Shown here: in pieces, positions 19,167 to 29,314 of the stretch
Numbering within the stretch: the first letter of the stretch is position 1
How the letters are laid out: the number at the start of each line of letters is the position of its first letter
IMG/VR virus record: IMGVR_UViG_3300042907_001080
Coordinates: 217,659-281,658 of that record
Strand: one strand, 5' to 3'
DNA length: 64,000 bases
The notes under the pieces: generated by a model
Told to the model about the DNA's origin: nothing
The model's input: the letters and a program-made list of their open reading frames with translations, nothing else
Databases searched by the model: none
Position numbers and translations under genes: made by a program

Positions 19167-19367
19167 ATGATCAATGAAAAATACAGTAATGAAGATGTTC
19201 CTATTCAAGATACATTTTATATGCAAAAGTTTATGGAGATTCAACGTCAAAATGTTGTATTATCAAATAAACTACGAGACTTATATGAAATTCTTGAGAT
19301 CCGTGATGTTGTAGAAATGCATTTTGGGGATAAGTTTTTTAATATCTTAAATGATACACCTGCATGA
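19167..19367 (+). CDS. Small hypothetical protein
   Basis: 66 aa; ATGA overlap with downstream rSAM gene. Confidence 0.6.
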   Translation: MINEKYSNEDVPIQDTFYMQKFMEIQRQNVVLSNKLRDLYEILEIRDVVEMHFGDKFFNILNDTPA

Positions 19368-20764
19368 ATAAAATTAAACACTGGCAAGAGAAAATTGAAT
19401 CAGTATCAGGAAGCAAAACTTTTTGCATATTGCCCTGGATACATTTTGCCACACGTCCCAACGGCGACATGCGACTATGTTGTAATGCTAACAGTAGTGG
19501 AGCAGGAACGGATCACGAAATTGGTCTAGTAAAAAACGAAACAGGTCGTCCTGCTAATTTTGGACGGGAAACTCCTATGAGCGCATGGAACAACAAATAC
19601 ATGCGAGATGTACGTTTAACTATGCTAGAAGGAAAGATTCCTTCTAGCTGTAGTAAATGTATTGCTGAAGAGTCTAAAGGTGTTGCTAGCAAACGTATTT
19701 GGGAAACAGGTACTTGGATAGAAGAAGGTCTTGATGTTGAAGAGCTTGTTAAACAAACAGAAGAAAATGGAACAATTCCTGAACGTCTTGTTTATCTAGA
19801 TTTAAGATTAGGACATACTTGTAATCTTAAGTGTGTTATGTGTAGTCCTCATGATAGTAGCATGTGGGTTTCTGATCATAAAAAGATATATCCTCTATTT
19901 CAGACTAAAGAACTTAAAGATCAAATGGCATGGGATCAATCAGAGTTTAACAATAAATGGCACGAAAATCCAGACTTCTGGAAAGAAATGTATACTCAGA
20001 TTCCTAATCTAAAACAAGTATACTTTGCAGGCGGCGAACCTTTGCTTATTAAGGAGCATAAACTGTTCCTTGAAGAAATTGTTAGACAAGGATACGCGGA
20101 CAAGATCCTTGTACGATACAACACAAATGGATTATTAGTAAATGACGAAATTATTGAACTCTGGAAAAAATTCAAAAAAGTTAAAGTAGGGTTTAGCATC
20201 GATGCTGTCGGCGACCGTAATTACTATATACGCTATCCTAGTGATTGGGTTACTATCGAACGTAATCTTCACAAGTTAGATAACACTCCTGGCAACATAC
20301 AAGTTAGCATTGCCACTGCTATACAAATACTAAACATCAAACACTTGCCTGAACTTGCCAAGTGGAAGATACAACAGAATTTTAAGAAAGTAAACTTTGA
20401 AAATATAACTGGTGGAATTGAAGCCGGCGGCGGAATTGTTAACATGCACTTGTTGTATATACCCACGTTCTTAAGTATTAGATGTTTGCCTGAATATGAT
20501 AAAGAACAAGTGCGTAAGAGCTTTGCTGATCTTGCTACATGGTTGTATACTAACTACAGACAAGATGAAGACTTTTGGAAAAACAATCCTTACGGATGGA
20601 AACGCTGGCAGGCAGTATTAGACTTTATGGATGCCGAAGATCACACTGCTCAGTTACCTGCATTTGTTGAATATATTGAAAAGATAGAAGCTATACGTGA
20701 TACAGATTTTGTTAAGACTTTTCCTGAGCTAGCACATTTGCTACAGTCCCCAATCTTATCTTAG
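19364..20764 (+). CDS. Radical SAM protein with N-terminal twitch/SPASM-like domain
   Basis: FCILPW..GDMRLCC, CSKC, CNLKCVMC, AGGEP, YNTNG. Confidence 0.9.
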   Translation: MNKIKHWQEKIESVSGSKTFCILPWIHFATRPNGDMRLCCNANSSGAGTDHEIGLVKNETGRPANFGRETPMSAWNNKYMRDVRLTMLEGKIPSSCSKCIAEESKGVASKRIWETGTWIEEGLDVEELVKQTEENGTIPERLVYLDLRLGHTCNLKCVMCSPHDSSMWVSDHKKIYPLFQTKELKDQMAWDQSEFNNKWHENPDFWKEMYTQIPNLKQVYFAGGEPLLIKEHKLFLEEIVRQGYADKILVRYNTNGLLVNDEIIELWKKFKKVKVGFSIDAVGDRNYYIRYPSDWVTIERNLHKLDNTPGNIQVSIATAIQILNIKHLPELAKWKIQQNFKKVNFENITGGIEAGGGIVNMHLLYIPTFLSIRCLPEYDKEQVRKSFADLATWLYTNYRQDEDFWKNNPYGWKRWQAVLDFMDAEDHTAQLPAFVEYIEKIEAIRDTDFVKTFPELAHLLQSPILS

Positions 20765-21806
20765 GATTTTTAAAAATAGGATCAGCAAGCATTTTCTGAA
20801 ACTCTGCGTATTCAGGATGAGTTGTCTTCCAAATGGTGCGCTGTTCATACGTGGTCTTATCCCAAGTATTCCAATCAATAACCAATTGAAAATCTACACT
20901 ATAGAAATTTGGAAATCTGTCCAGGACTAATTGTGCGTAATCTTTCATTTCTTTGTAGTTTAGATCTTGAACCACATATTGTGTTAGGACATAGATATTA
21001 GGATTATTAGATATCTCATTGTTTATATAATCACAATTGTCTAACAATGTTGGCCAGTGTCCTCCACGGCGAACAACATCATATGTTTCTTCACGAGCTG
21101 CATCAAAGCTGATGCGTATAGCTCTAATTTTACTGTGCCATTTAGATATTCTGCGCCAATACGCAGGTGTAAGCATTACGCCGTTTGTCTGTAAGTCTAA
21201 TATTAAATTGGGCCAAGGTGTTGGATCAAAGTTAACTAAAAAGTCTCGGAATATCTTAGAACCAAACGGATCACCACTGCCAGTGATATCTAGTGTAATA
21301 TGTTTGTCATGCGGTTTGTCAAATACAGCATTAATAATTTTGTAGTGTAATTCTAGTTTACGTTCGTAATCAACACCTTCGTAATCGTATATCTTTTCAG
21401 TGCGACAACTAGGACAAGTTAAATTACAACTAGCATCGTTCTCAAACATAATATGTGTTGGAAATTCTGCTGGCTTAGGTGTATCTTCTATGTTGGGTAA
21501 TCGATTGTCAGATATGTCGCCGCACACTGTATGATTACAATACCTAAAACTTCCATCTAGTATAGACTCACGAATTATAGTTGCTACTTCCCCGTGCCAT
21601 ATTTCTTCAAACGATTGTTCATTTAAATTACCAATACTATAAGGCAACCAGCTTGTGCAGCACATCCAACAACTACCATCGTCCCTAATAGACAACGTTT
21701 CAAAAGGTTTATTACAAAATTTGCCTTGTAAATTTTTTTGTTTAACTTTAAGATTAGCTAAATCATGCCCGCTATCTATTTTAAGCATTATAGTTTTATT
21801 TTTCAT
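20712..21806 (-). CDS. Radical SAM protein with N-terminal SPASM-like domain
   Basis: FCNKPF..CWMCC, CNLTCPSC, GSGDPF, QTNG. Confidence 0.9.
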   Translation of the reverse strand: MKNKTIMLKIDSGHDLANLKVKQKNLQGKFCNKPFETLSIRDDGSCWMCCTSWLPYSIGNLNEQSFEEIWHGEVATIIRESILDGSFRYCNHTVCGDISDNRLPNIEDTPKPAEFPTHIMFENDASCNLTCPSCRTEKIYDYEGVDYERKLELHYKIINAVFDKPHDKHITLDITGSGDPFGSKIFRDFLVNFDPTPWPNLILDLQTNGVMLTPAYWRRISKWHSKIRAIRISFDAAREETYDVVRRGGHWPTLLDNCDYINNEISNNPNIYVLTQYVVQDLNYKEMKDYAQLVLDRFPNFYSVDFQLVIDWNTWDKTTYEQRTIWKTTHPEYAEFQKMLADPIFKNPKIRLGTVANVLAQEKS

Positions 21807-22902
21807 ATATAGGAATTATAGTTGTTGCTTTCCACAGGTCTTCAAAGTCTGTGAACTCTTTGGCTTTAGGCACACACATACCACATCCGCATCTTTGGTT
21901 AGGGCAAATAATTGGCGTTACCGGTTTAGATAACATATCTTTAACTTGCGAGATAATAGTTTCAGTATCTCGCAAATTTCCAATAGGACCCCGGCCTGTG
22001 TGTGTTGCCTGACATGTTTGATGATGGAACACATTGCCTGTATGCTGCTCAACATGCATAAAAAACCAGTTAACTGTGCAATACCAGTCTTTAAACCAGT
22101 TGTTCACTAATTTGATATCTTGCCATTCATCTTCAACTTTACCCTGTGTGCATCTGCTACCACAACATGCACGACCTACGTTTGTACCCTCGGCAGATGT
22201 AGATGCACTACGAGGTTGCCCCATCCATTCAAAGAACCAGTTCTGTTGTTCTTCTGTGTATTCGTGGCTTGTTCTACGTTGATTGCCGTCGGCATCTTGA
22301 AACCATCCCTTTCGAACAATATTTCCATCTCCGATTGGCACAGGATTCAGTCGTGAAATTCCTTTAGATTTGAGTAGATTACATACTTCAACCGCCTCGT
22401 CAAAATAGTCGCAATGTAGCATTACATTTGCCTGAACACTCATCCCGGCATCATGCAGGCCTATAATATTTTTAATGCTTCTATCTTTTAATTTCTGATC
22501 AGCTTCACTATGCCAACTAACAGTAACGTGAACAAAATTATCTAAAATTCTTTTAGTAAATTGAGGCCCCCAAGAGCCGTTAGTAGTCAACCCTAACGCA
22601 AAATTTCCTTGTGTTTTTATATATTCTATCAATGGCCAAAAATTAGGATTGGCGGTAGGTTCGCCACCGGTAAAATCTATGCTGGTTATATCACCATATA
22701 GTCTTTTTGAATTGTACAGATCTGCATAGCTCTTGATAAAATCAAAAGTAGTTTTTAATTCTTCAAAGCTAGGATACGGACTATAGTTGTTATGACGTGT
22801 ACTTTCACAGTAAGAACAGTCGTAATTACATCTGCGTAACATTTCCCAGGTTACAATAAATGGTGTGGGATTTTTTAATTTAATTGCTGTTGTTTTTATC
22901 AT
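21796..22902 (-). CDS. Radical SAM protein
   Basis: CNYDCSYC, TGGEPT, TTNG; C-terminal CPNQRCGCGMC. Confidence 0.9.
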   Translation of the reverse strand: MIKTTAIKLKNPTPFIVTWEMLRRCNYDCSYCESTRHNNYSPYPSFEELKTTFDFIKSYADLYNSKRLYGDITSIDFTGGEPTANPNFWPLIEYIKTQGNFALGLTTNGSWGPQFTKRILDNFVHVTVSWHSEADQKLKDRSIKNIIGLHDAGMSVQANVMLHCDYFDEAVEVCNLLKSKGISRLNPVPIGDGNIVRKGWFQDADGNQRRTSHEYTEEQQNWFFEWMGQPRSASTSAEGTNVGRACCGSRCTQGKVEDEWQDIKLVNNWFKDWYCTVNWFFMHVEQHTGNVFHHQTCQATHTGRGPIGNLRDTETIISQVKDMLSKPVTPIICPNQRCGCGMCVPKAKEFTDFEDLWKATTIIPIYEK

Positions 22903-23792
22903 TGTTTTATCTTTGTTAACGGAATGTCTGCTGCGCAGGTGCAGTAATTCCTATCGCATATAATAGGGTTTATAGGTATTGAAAATGTACCTGCATATAT
23001 GTTACCAAGACTACCACCGACTCTACAAGTCGCTCGGTGCACATCGCCGTCCCAATTTATCATTAGGCTTTCTATGCCTGCGTTGCAAGTCCAGCCCTTG
23101 AATTTGTTTAGATGCAATTTTATTACGTCGTTGGCATGCATAATTTCTACATCGTCTATTCTACAGTTAGCCTTTGCCGTGGCATTCTGTGAGAGAATCC
23201 ATTCTAAGTCGTTACCATCATACCGCATATCGTCAAACACATTATGATCGCCCTCAGTCCAGCGTATTCTACGCACAGCAAATCTAATCCCTTTTTCTCG
23301 GAACTCTTTGACTACTTTGCGAACACTGTCCATATGATCGTAGTGAGCCATTATGTTAACAAAAAAGTCTGTTTGAGTTTTGTCATAGAACTCGTTAATT
23401 GTTCTCATCACACGCTGCCAGTCATATTCAAAATGCAGACTAAACACTAGGTGATTAAAATACATTTCGTTTTGCAAATACCAGTTAGCAGATCGAGTTC
23501 CGTTGGTTGTTAAGTTGACCCAGAATATATCCTTGCGTTTAAAGTAGTCTAGTAGATCTTCTATATCGGGATGCACACAAGGTTCGCCACCTGTTAAACT
23601 AATACGTAACGGTTTTCCAATTTCGCATAGTTTATCAACAGTTGTTTCTAGGATGTTAATATCTGTATGCGAACTAAAATTATCATGTATGCTTGAAGGG
23701 CAATATGTACAGTCGTAGTTGCAACGTTTGCCTAAATTCCATTCAACTTTTATTTGATCTTGATGCGGCCAAGAACTGGTTATTTTATACAT
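22899..23792 (-). CDS. Radical SAM/SPASM protein
   Basis: CNYDCTYC, TGGEP, WTCNAG..CDRNYCTC. Confidence 0.9.
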   Translation of the reverse strand: MYKITSSWPHQDQIKVEWNLGKRCNYDCTYCPSSIHDNFSSHTDINILETTVDKLCEIGKPLRISLTGGEPCVHPDIEDLLDYFKRKDIFWVNLTTNGTRSANWYLQNEMYFNHLVFSLHFEYDWQRVMRTINEFYDKTQTDFFVNIMAHYDHMDSVRKVVKEFREKGIRFAVRRIRWTEGDHNVFDDMRYDGNDLEWILSQNATAKANCRIDDVEIMHANDVIKLHLNKFKGWTCNAGIESLMINWDGDVHRATCRVGGSLGNIYAGTFSIPINPIICDRNYCTCAADIPLTKIKQ

Positions 23793-25032
23793 ACTGTTTA
23801 AATTCTGGTATAACTGCTAACAAATCTTGATTGCGAGTAGAGTCTAATGCAAAATTAAAATCTAAAAAGTCTTGCCACAAATTATTTTGATCCTTTGCTT
23901 GTAGATAGTTAATGTTATCTTGTATTTGTTGATGCGTAACTGTGCCTAACAGCGGGTTCTTTTTAACTGCGCTCCATGTATCTACTTGTGACTTAACTGC
24001 TAGAAGTTTTGTAATTGCTAGTGCTTTTAATTCTTGTGGTAACACTTGTGCTGACAGACAGTTGGGATAACTAACACGGTGGCTATAAAATATAATGTCC
24101 ATGGTGTTAATAAAATAATCAATACATTCTGCGGCTTGTAGTATGTTGCCAGCTTGTGCTGTAAATGCCCCAACTACACGACTCACGTTAGGAATTTTTT
24201 TTATTTCTTTAATGTTTGCTTCAACTTGATTAAAGTCGCTGTTACCGCGAATGTAATTGTAAACATCGTGAATGCCATCAAGGCTGACATTAACGGCAAT
24301 GCTTCTAAAATATGGCCAGTAGTCATGTATAGTCCTTCCTTTGCTAATTCCTAGCGTTGTGCCATTTGTGGCGTATTTTAATTCAATGTTAGCACCATAA
24401 GGCTTTAACATGTCTAAAATTTTATAATGTTGAGGATCCATTAGAGGCTCTCCACCTGCAAACTCTACTCGTCTAAAATGAGGTAGAAGTTTTTCAAAAC
24501 TGGTCCACCAGTTGTCGCTATCGTCAAACTCTCCGATATACTTTCCGGGATTATCTACAAGCTCTGTAATAGTGTGTACTAGGAAATTATTTTCTTTCTT
24601 ATAGAACGGAGTTACTTTGTCCCAGTCTTTCCAGTTAGTGCTATCTAACGGATTACACATGCGACACTTCAAGTTACACAAGTTGTTAAGTTTAATCTCC
24701 ATTGTAGGAAATTCAAACGGCATAATTTCTTGTAGCGGTGTATCGGGATATAAGTTAATACGTGCTTCTGGAATAACTCCGTTAATATGACGTTGGCGCA
24801 AACTTTCTACACCCTGGTCTTCTAAGTCAAAGCAAGGTTTACAAACCTCAGGCCGTTCTCCGCATAAGACTTGTTTGCGAACAAGTTGCATGGTTTCATT
24901 ATTCCATATTTCTTCTAGTGTATTATTTTGTATGAACCCAACCGGCGCACTACGACAACAGACTTTGACGGCTCCGTCTTCGCGTGTTGCTAACCCTGTA
25001 AAAGGGTGCATACAAAATGTTTTACTTTGCAT
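23785..25032 (-). CDS. Radical SAM protein with N-terminal twitch domain
   Basis: FCMHPF..VKVCC, CKPC, CNLKCRMC, AGGEP. Confidence 0.9.
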   Translation of the reverse strand: MQSKTFCMHPFTGLATREDGAVKVCCRSAPVGFIQNNTLEEIWNNETMQLVRKQVLCGERPEVCKPCFDLEDQGVESLRQRHINGVIPEARINLYPDTPLQEIMPFEFPTMEIKLNNLCNLKCRMCNPLDSTNWKDWDKVTPFYKKENNFLVHTITELVDNPGKYIGEFDDSDNWWTSFEKLLPHFRRVEFAGGEPLMDPQHYKILDMLKPYGANIELKYATNGTTLGISKGRTIHDYWPYFRSIAVNVSLDGIHDVYNYIRGNSDFNQVEANIKEIKKIPNVSRVVGAFTAQAGNILQAAECIDYFINTMDIIFYSHRVSYPNCLSAQVLPQELKALAITKLLAVKSQVDTWSAVKKNPLLGTVTHQQIQDNINYLQAKDQNNLWQDFLDFNFALDSTRNQDLLAVIPEFKQYV

Positions 25033-25630
25033 TGATAATATTGTAAAGTTTTTTGGCCGCAATGCTATGTGCTATTGGGCCGGGATGGTTATTGTCGGAC
25101 GCTAAATCTTCTGTATTCAAAATGTTATCACGTAACGCATTATTGATAAATTTGGGAATACTACCAAAGTATTCGCCAATGGTGACATCAATTACTCGAT
25201 CTATCAACATCTCCGGTTTCGGTGGAGCCCAAAAAGGATAATAACGGAGTCCTAAACTATTAATATATAATTCTGCATGATTAATATAGATACCTGACCT
25301 AACATTGTTGTCGTAATTAGAATGAACCTCAGACCATTTCTTAAACAATTCGTCGTCCTGCCACGGTCCTATTTTTTTGTTCTTTTCTACTATATTAAAA
25401 ATTACATCTCTATGAGAATAGGTCCAACCCACTACAACCAAGTCATCTTTCTTAAACCTAAACGACAAGATACGGGATAGTATCTCTAGATTACTACTAC
25501 CCGGATCTCCGTTATTAATAGTTGTTCTGCCAGTTAATTTTCCTAACACTGCCGGCCATGATTGACTAGACGGATCATCTAATGCTAATCCAAGGGTAAA
25601 TGAACAACCGAATGTTATAAGTCTTGACAT
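25022..25630 (-). CDS. SGNH/GDSL hydrolase-like protein
   Basis: TFGCSFT, N.G.PGSSN, DNNHPG..H. Confidence 0.65.
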   Translation of the reverse strand: MSRLITFGCSFTLGLALDDPSSQSWPAVLGKLTGRTTINNGDPGSSNLEILSRILSFRFKKDDLVVVGWTYSHRDVIFNIVEKNKKIGPWQDDELFKKWSEVHSNYDNNVRSGIYINHAELYINSLGLRYYPFWAPPKPEMLIDRVIDVTIGEYFGSIPKFINNALRDNILNTEDLASDNNHPGPIAHSIAAKKLYNIINAK

Positions 25631-26328
25631 GATATTGCCCATTGTCTTTCTTTACACCAAAAGCATTCGTTACAAACTGGAACGTATTGACCCGGTATAT
25701 AGTTTTTATAATCAATGCCTACTATCTCGCCTTCACAACTGCGGGTAATTTCAAACAGATCCGTGAGGCCAAGCTCACTATACATTTTAACAATTTCTGA
25801 CTTGTCTGTGAAGCGGAATGGATGATAAACCATAAAGCCCATGTGTTCCATTTCTGCCAAATGCTTGTTGTCCTCTGTAGGGTCAATGTCACGTTCACTC
25901 ATACCATTGAATTGTGCTAATCTTGGGTTACGGGTTACTCCGTTGTAAAACGCATCTATGTTATATTTCTTACAAATATACTCTGCGTAAGCTCTTGCTT
26001 GAATGTTGTCACCGCTCACTTGCTTACCATACTCGTCGGTTAAGTTTGGTCCTACATTGCCGTACTCTAAATCGGGCGCAATAAAGTTAATATGCCGTTT
26101 AAATGTTGTATGATAGAAATTTTGAAATAACCATTTACACACAGTATCTGCATTGTCTTGTTGCCAAGGTTTGGTTTTCCAGCAACGTATATGATTAATG
26201 ATATGTATAGTTATATTATGTTCTTTGGCTTTTTGGCAAACCATATAGGCAAGTAATGCGCTATCGGCACCGCCACTAACGGCAATGGCAATGTTTTTCC
26301 ATTTTGGATTGAAGGGTACCTTGAACAT
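25615..26328 (-). CDS. PP-loop ATPase, QueC-like
   Basis: IAVSGGADS, P....K, TRSCE and CNECFWCKER zinc motif. Confidence 0.7.
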   Translation of the reverse strand: MFKVPFNPKWKNIAIAVSGGADSALLAYMVCQKAKEHNITIHIINHIRCWKTKPWQQDNADTVCKWLFQNFYHTTFKRHINFIAPDLEYGNVGPNLTDEYGKQVSGDNIQARAYAEYICKKYNIDAFYNGVTRNPRLAQFNGMSERDIDPTEDNKHLAEMEHMGFMVYHPFRFTDKSEIVKMYSELGLTDLFEITRSCEGEIVGIDYKNYIPGQYVPVCNECFWCKERQWAISCQDL

Positions 26329-26368
26329 GGATATATTTACACGAGTTATACTAGCACATAAATATTTC

Positions 26369-27037
26369 ATGATTAACATAACCATGTGGCAATGCCCAAA
26401 AGGACTAATAGAACAAGCATTATCAGAGTGCCCAATTGAAGGTAGTCGCACTGCCTTGAATACTCCAACCGGTGACTTCTTCTATGACAGTTGGCAAATC
26501 AAAGATGAGTTTAAAGGTACAGCGTGGGAAGAACTACTATCTACTTTACCTTACACAATTGGAGAAGCTCGTGTTATTACACTTGATCCCAATCAAAGTT
26601 ACATGTCCCACGCTGACATTGATAATCGTTGGCATTTAAACTTGTCGGGCGAGCAGTCATATTTGATAGATTTAGATAATCAAAAAATGTATAAACAACG
26701 TGTAGACAATCATTGGTGTTATATGTTTGCTAATAAAATACATACTGCTAGTAATTACGGTAGTGTACCACGTAAACAACTTGTAGTTCGCGAACCGTTA
26801 AAACGTAGCCACCACAAAAATTTAATCAACGTTGAAATTACTCCAGCATACGAACAGTTTGACTATCGTTATCAGTTTGACAATATTATTAGCCCGTGGC
26901 TGAATCGTAAGAATCAAGAAGGCGTTCTTGACAACTTTGTTTACAAAGATACGGTTGTATCCTTTAGTATAGCAGAAGATGTCCAAGGACAACTTGACGC
27001 AATTATTTCTAATAAGTTTAAAGTTATCTATGTTTAA
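26369..27037 (+). CDS. AspH-like cupin oxygenase
   Basis: SHADID...IHTASNYG..R. Start reset to the ATG 4 nt after TAAATA. Confidence 0.65.
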   Translation: MINITMWQCPKGLIEQALSECPIEGSRTALNTPTGDFFYDSWQIKDEFKGTAWEELLSTLPYTIGEARVITLDPNQSYMSHADIDNRWHLNLSGEQSYLIDLDNQKMYKQRVDNHWCYMFANKIHTASNYGSVPRKQLVVREPLKRSHHKNLINVEITPAYEQFDYRYQFDNIISPWLNRKNQEGVLDNFVYKDTVVSFSIAEDVQGQLDAIISNKFKVIYV

Positions 27038-27476
27038 AGTTGGAATTACTGGAACTACTCGCGGCCTCGGCCAAGCACTACATGACCACTTTGTCAATAA
27101 GGGCTATCATGTAACGGCCTTTAATAGAGGATCAGACATGAGTGCCGCGGTTGGATGTGATTTGTTTATCAACAATGCCTACGGCATACAAATGGATATA
27201 CTTAACCAACTTTATGCGAGTGTTGGCAAGATGATTGTCATGGGCAGTATAGTTACAGATTTTCCCGATGTAGAAATGCCAGACTACACCGCACAAAAAA
27301 CAAAATTAGAAGAACGTGTGTTAGAGCTTAACCTTCCTAACATATTGTTATTAAAGCTATCTAGCACTGCTTACAACGATTCGCAAGTTGTAATTGACGC
27401 TATTGAGTATTGGCTAGCAAACCCGTTGGTTAATATTATATCTTTTAGAGCAATAGGCGGTCCAAATCGTGGATAA
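27030..27476 (+). CDS. Short SDR-like oxidoreductase
   Basis: ITGTTRGLG, FINNA, MGS, YTAQK. Confidence 0.75.
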   Translation: MFKVGITGTTRGLGQALHDHFVNKGYHVTAFNRGSDMSAAVGCDLFINNAYGIQMDILNQLYASVGKMIVMGSIVTDFPDVEMPDYTAQKTKLEERVLELNLPNILLLKLSSTAYNDSQVVIDAIEYWLANPLVNIISFRAIGGPNRG

Positions 27477-28068
27477 AAAAATTATTGTAACCGGTCACAC
27501 AAGCGGTGTTGGTAAAGCAATTTACGACAAGTTTAAAGAAATAAGTTGTAGAGAAATTGTGGGAATGAGCCGTAGCAATGGATATGATATAGATAAAGAC
27601 TTTGATAAGATTGTAGAAGAATCTACAGGCTGTGAACTGTTTATTAATAATGCTTACAGAGACAGTCAGCAATTAAAATTAGTTGAAGCACTTAAAGACA
27701 AAGTAGACATGATGGTTGTTATGGGCAGTGTTAGTAGATTCTATCCAGAACTTATTCCTACACAGTATGTACACGATAAACAAGCACTAGCGGAAGCCTG
27801 TAGACTTATTAGTTTAAATCCCAACGGTATTCCACTGCTACATTTAGATTTAGGATTTATAGAAGGTACAACAGTAGAAGAAAACGACCCAACAGCCTTT
27901 GTTAGTGACTACACTACGTCCAAGGCCGACATTGTTGATACAATTATCTTCTGGGCACAAAAGCCCTCTATTAGACAGATCGAGTTTAGATGGAAACTAA
28001 CTCCGCAGGTCATGTCTGAATTAAAAAGAATTAATCCCGATTTAGATCCATCTAGGATAACGTTCTAG
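27469..28068 (+). CDS. Short SDR-like oxidoreductase
   Basis: VTGHTSGVG, FINNA, MGS, YVHDK; GTG start. Confidence 0.75.
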   Translation: MDKKIIVTGHTSGVGKAIYDKFKEISCREIVGMSRSNGYDIDKDFDKIVEESTGCELFINNAYRDSQQLKLVEALKDKVDMMVVMGSVSRFYPELIPTQYVHDKQALAEACRLISLNPNGIPLLHLDLGFIEGTTVEENDPTAFVSDYTTSKADIVDTIIFWAQKPSIRQIEFRWKLTPQVMSELKRINPDLDPSRITF

Positions 28069-28599
28069 ATTCTCTAAAAATCTATCTCCGTATATTTTCC
28101 ACACAGTTTGATCTGTGTACCTGTAATGAACTTCTTTAACACGTTCCACTATGCCTATCTTTTCTAATGTGGGAAAATAATATCTGTGTACTAGCCTTTG
28201 ACTCGCTACCTTGCTGTCATTAGATGTGGCATATATGTTTTCTTCTCCGACCCATGCTATACAGGCAGGTAATAAAAATTGGTCAGTTAGATTTTGATGT
28301 TCTGCAATTAGACGTTGGGGAGTTATTAATCCACCGTGTGGTCTTGCCGCACCAAACGTGCAGGTACGTGCTAACACCCTATAACTATCAGGCCCCATGA
28401 CATCATCAAATGAGTGAGCTACTACACTACCGATGGCTTTATTGTCCTGATACAGTATCCATGCTTTCCAGGATTTTTCATTGTGAAAACAATCTATCAT
28501 GGATTTTTGACTGGAATTGTTTTCGAACCCTTTTTCTTTTGCTTCTTTATAAAACTCGGAAAGATCTAGATCAGAAGACCAATCTACAATATTATACAT
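28042..28599 (-). CDS. Hypothetical protein, possibly GNAT-like
   Basis: 185 aa; beta-strand pattern AWILY...IGSVVAH. Confidence 0.5.
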   Translation of the reverse strand: MYNIVDWSSDLDLSEFYKEAKEKGFENNSSQKSMIDCFHNEKSWKAWILYQDNKAIGSVVAHSFDDVMGPDSYRVLARTCTFGAARPHGGLITPQRLIAEHQNLTDQFLLPACIAWVGEENIYATSNDSKVASQRLVHRYYFPTLEKIGIVERVKEVHYRYTDQTVWKIYGDRFLENLERYPRWI

Positions 28600-29287
28600 A
28601 AAGTTTTTTACACTCGTCCATAAAATCAGAAGGGAAGTTTGTTTTAAAACTTTCAAATGCTAACAGTTGTATGTCTTTAAAGGGAGTCGGCTTATCCACG
28701 TCTATTCCCATAGCAGACATTTTAGGAAATAGATCTGCTTGCCTATCTTCACTGATATGGCTCATTACGCTACGTAAACTAATAGCAGGATCGTGATCAC
28801 GATAACAGAAAAAATAATTGATACTTTTAAGTTGACCGTTGACAACAAAATAACTACTGGGATGTAGACTGTATTTGTAGATACCTAATGCTTTGTGTGC
28901 TTTAAATATTTCTAACATCTGTTCTCGCCAATTGGGCAGTACACTATCGTAGTCTTGTTTAATAGGATCAGATTGTTGCCAAAAGTCATCACCATCTATT
29001 TCAAGATAGAGTTTTCTTTTTTCTAAATCTATATTAATAATGTTGGGAACTAGGTGCGGAAATATATTACGCATTTGAGTAATAAAATTTACTTCGCGCA
29101 ACCATTTTTCATTCATTAGACTAGGGTCTACTACTTGATTCTGACCTTTATGATAATCAGTATCGTTGTGGTACCATTGACAAAATGTTTTTTTATCTTT
29201 GCTAATTAAGCTGGTATAAATTAGGTTATTTCGGCAAAGGCCTTTTCCTGGAACATCGTTATAATAGTATTCATATTCTGCAGTCAT
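28592..29287 (-). CDS. Kinase-like fold protein (degenerate motifs)
   Basis: REVNF..VPNIINID and HKALGIYKYSLHPSSY; paralog of 17303-18007. Confidence 0.45.
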   Translation of the reverse strand: MTAEYEYYYNDVPGKGLCRNNLIYTSLISKDKKTFCQWYHNDTDYHKGQNQVVDPSLMNEKWLREVNFITQMRNIFPHLVPNIINIDLEKRKLYLEIDGDDFWQQSDPIKQDYDSVLPNWREQMLEIFKAHKALGIYKYSLHPSSYFVVNGQLKSINYFFCYRDHDPAISLRSVMSHISEDRQADLFPKMSAMGIDVDKPTPFKDIQLLAFESFKTNFPSDFMDECKKLYV

Positions 29288-29314
29288 ACAAATACTTATC
29301 AGCTAAGTATTAAC

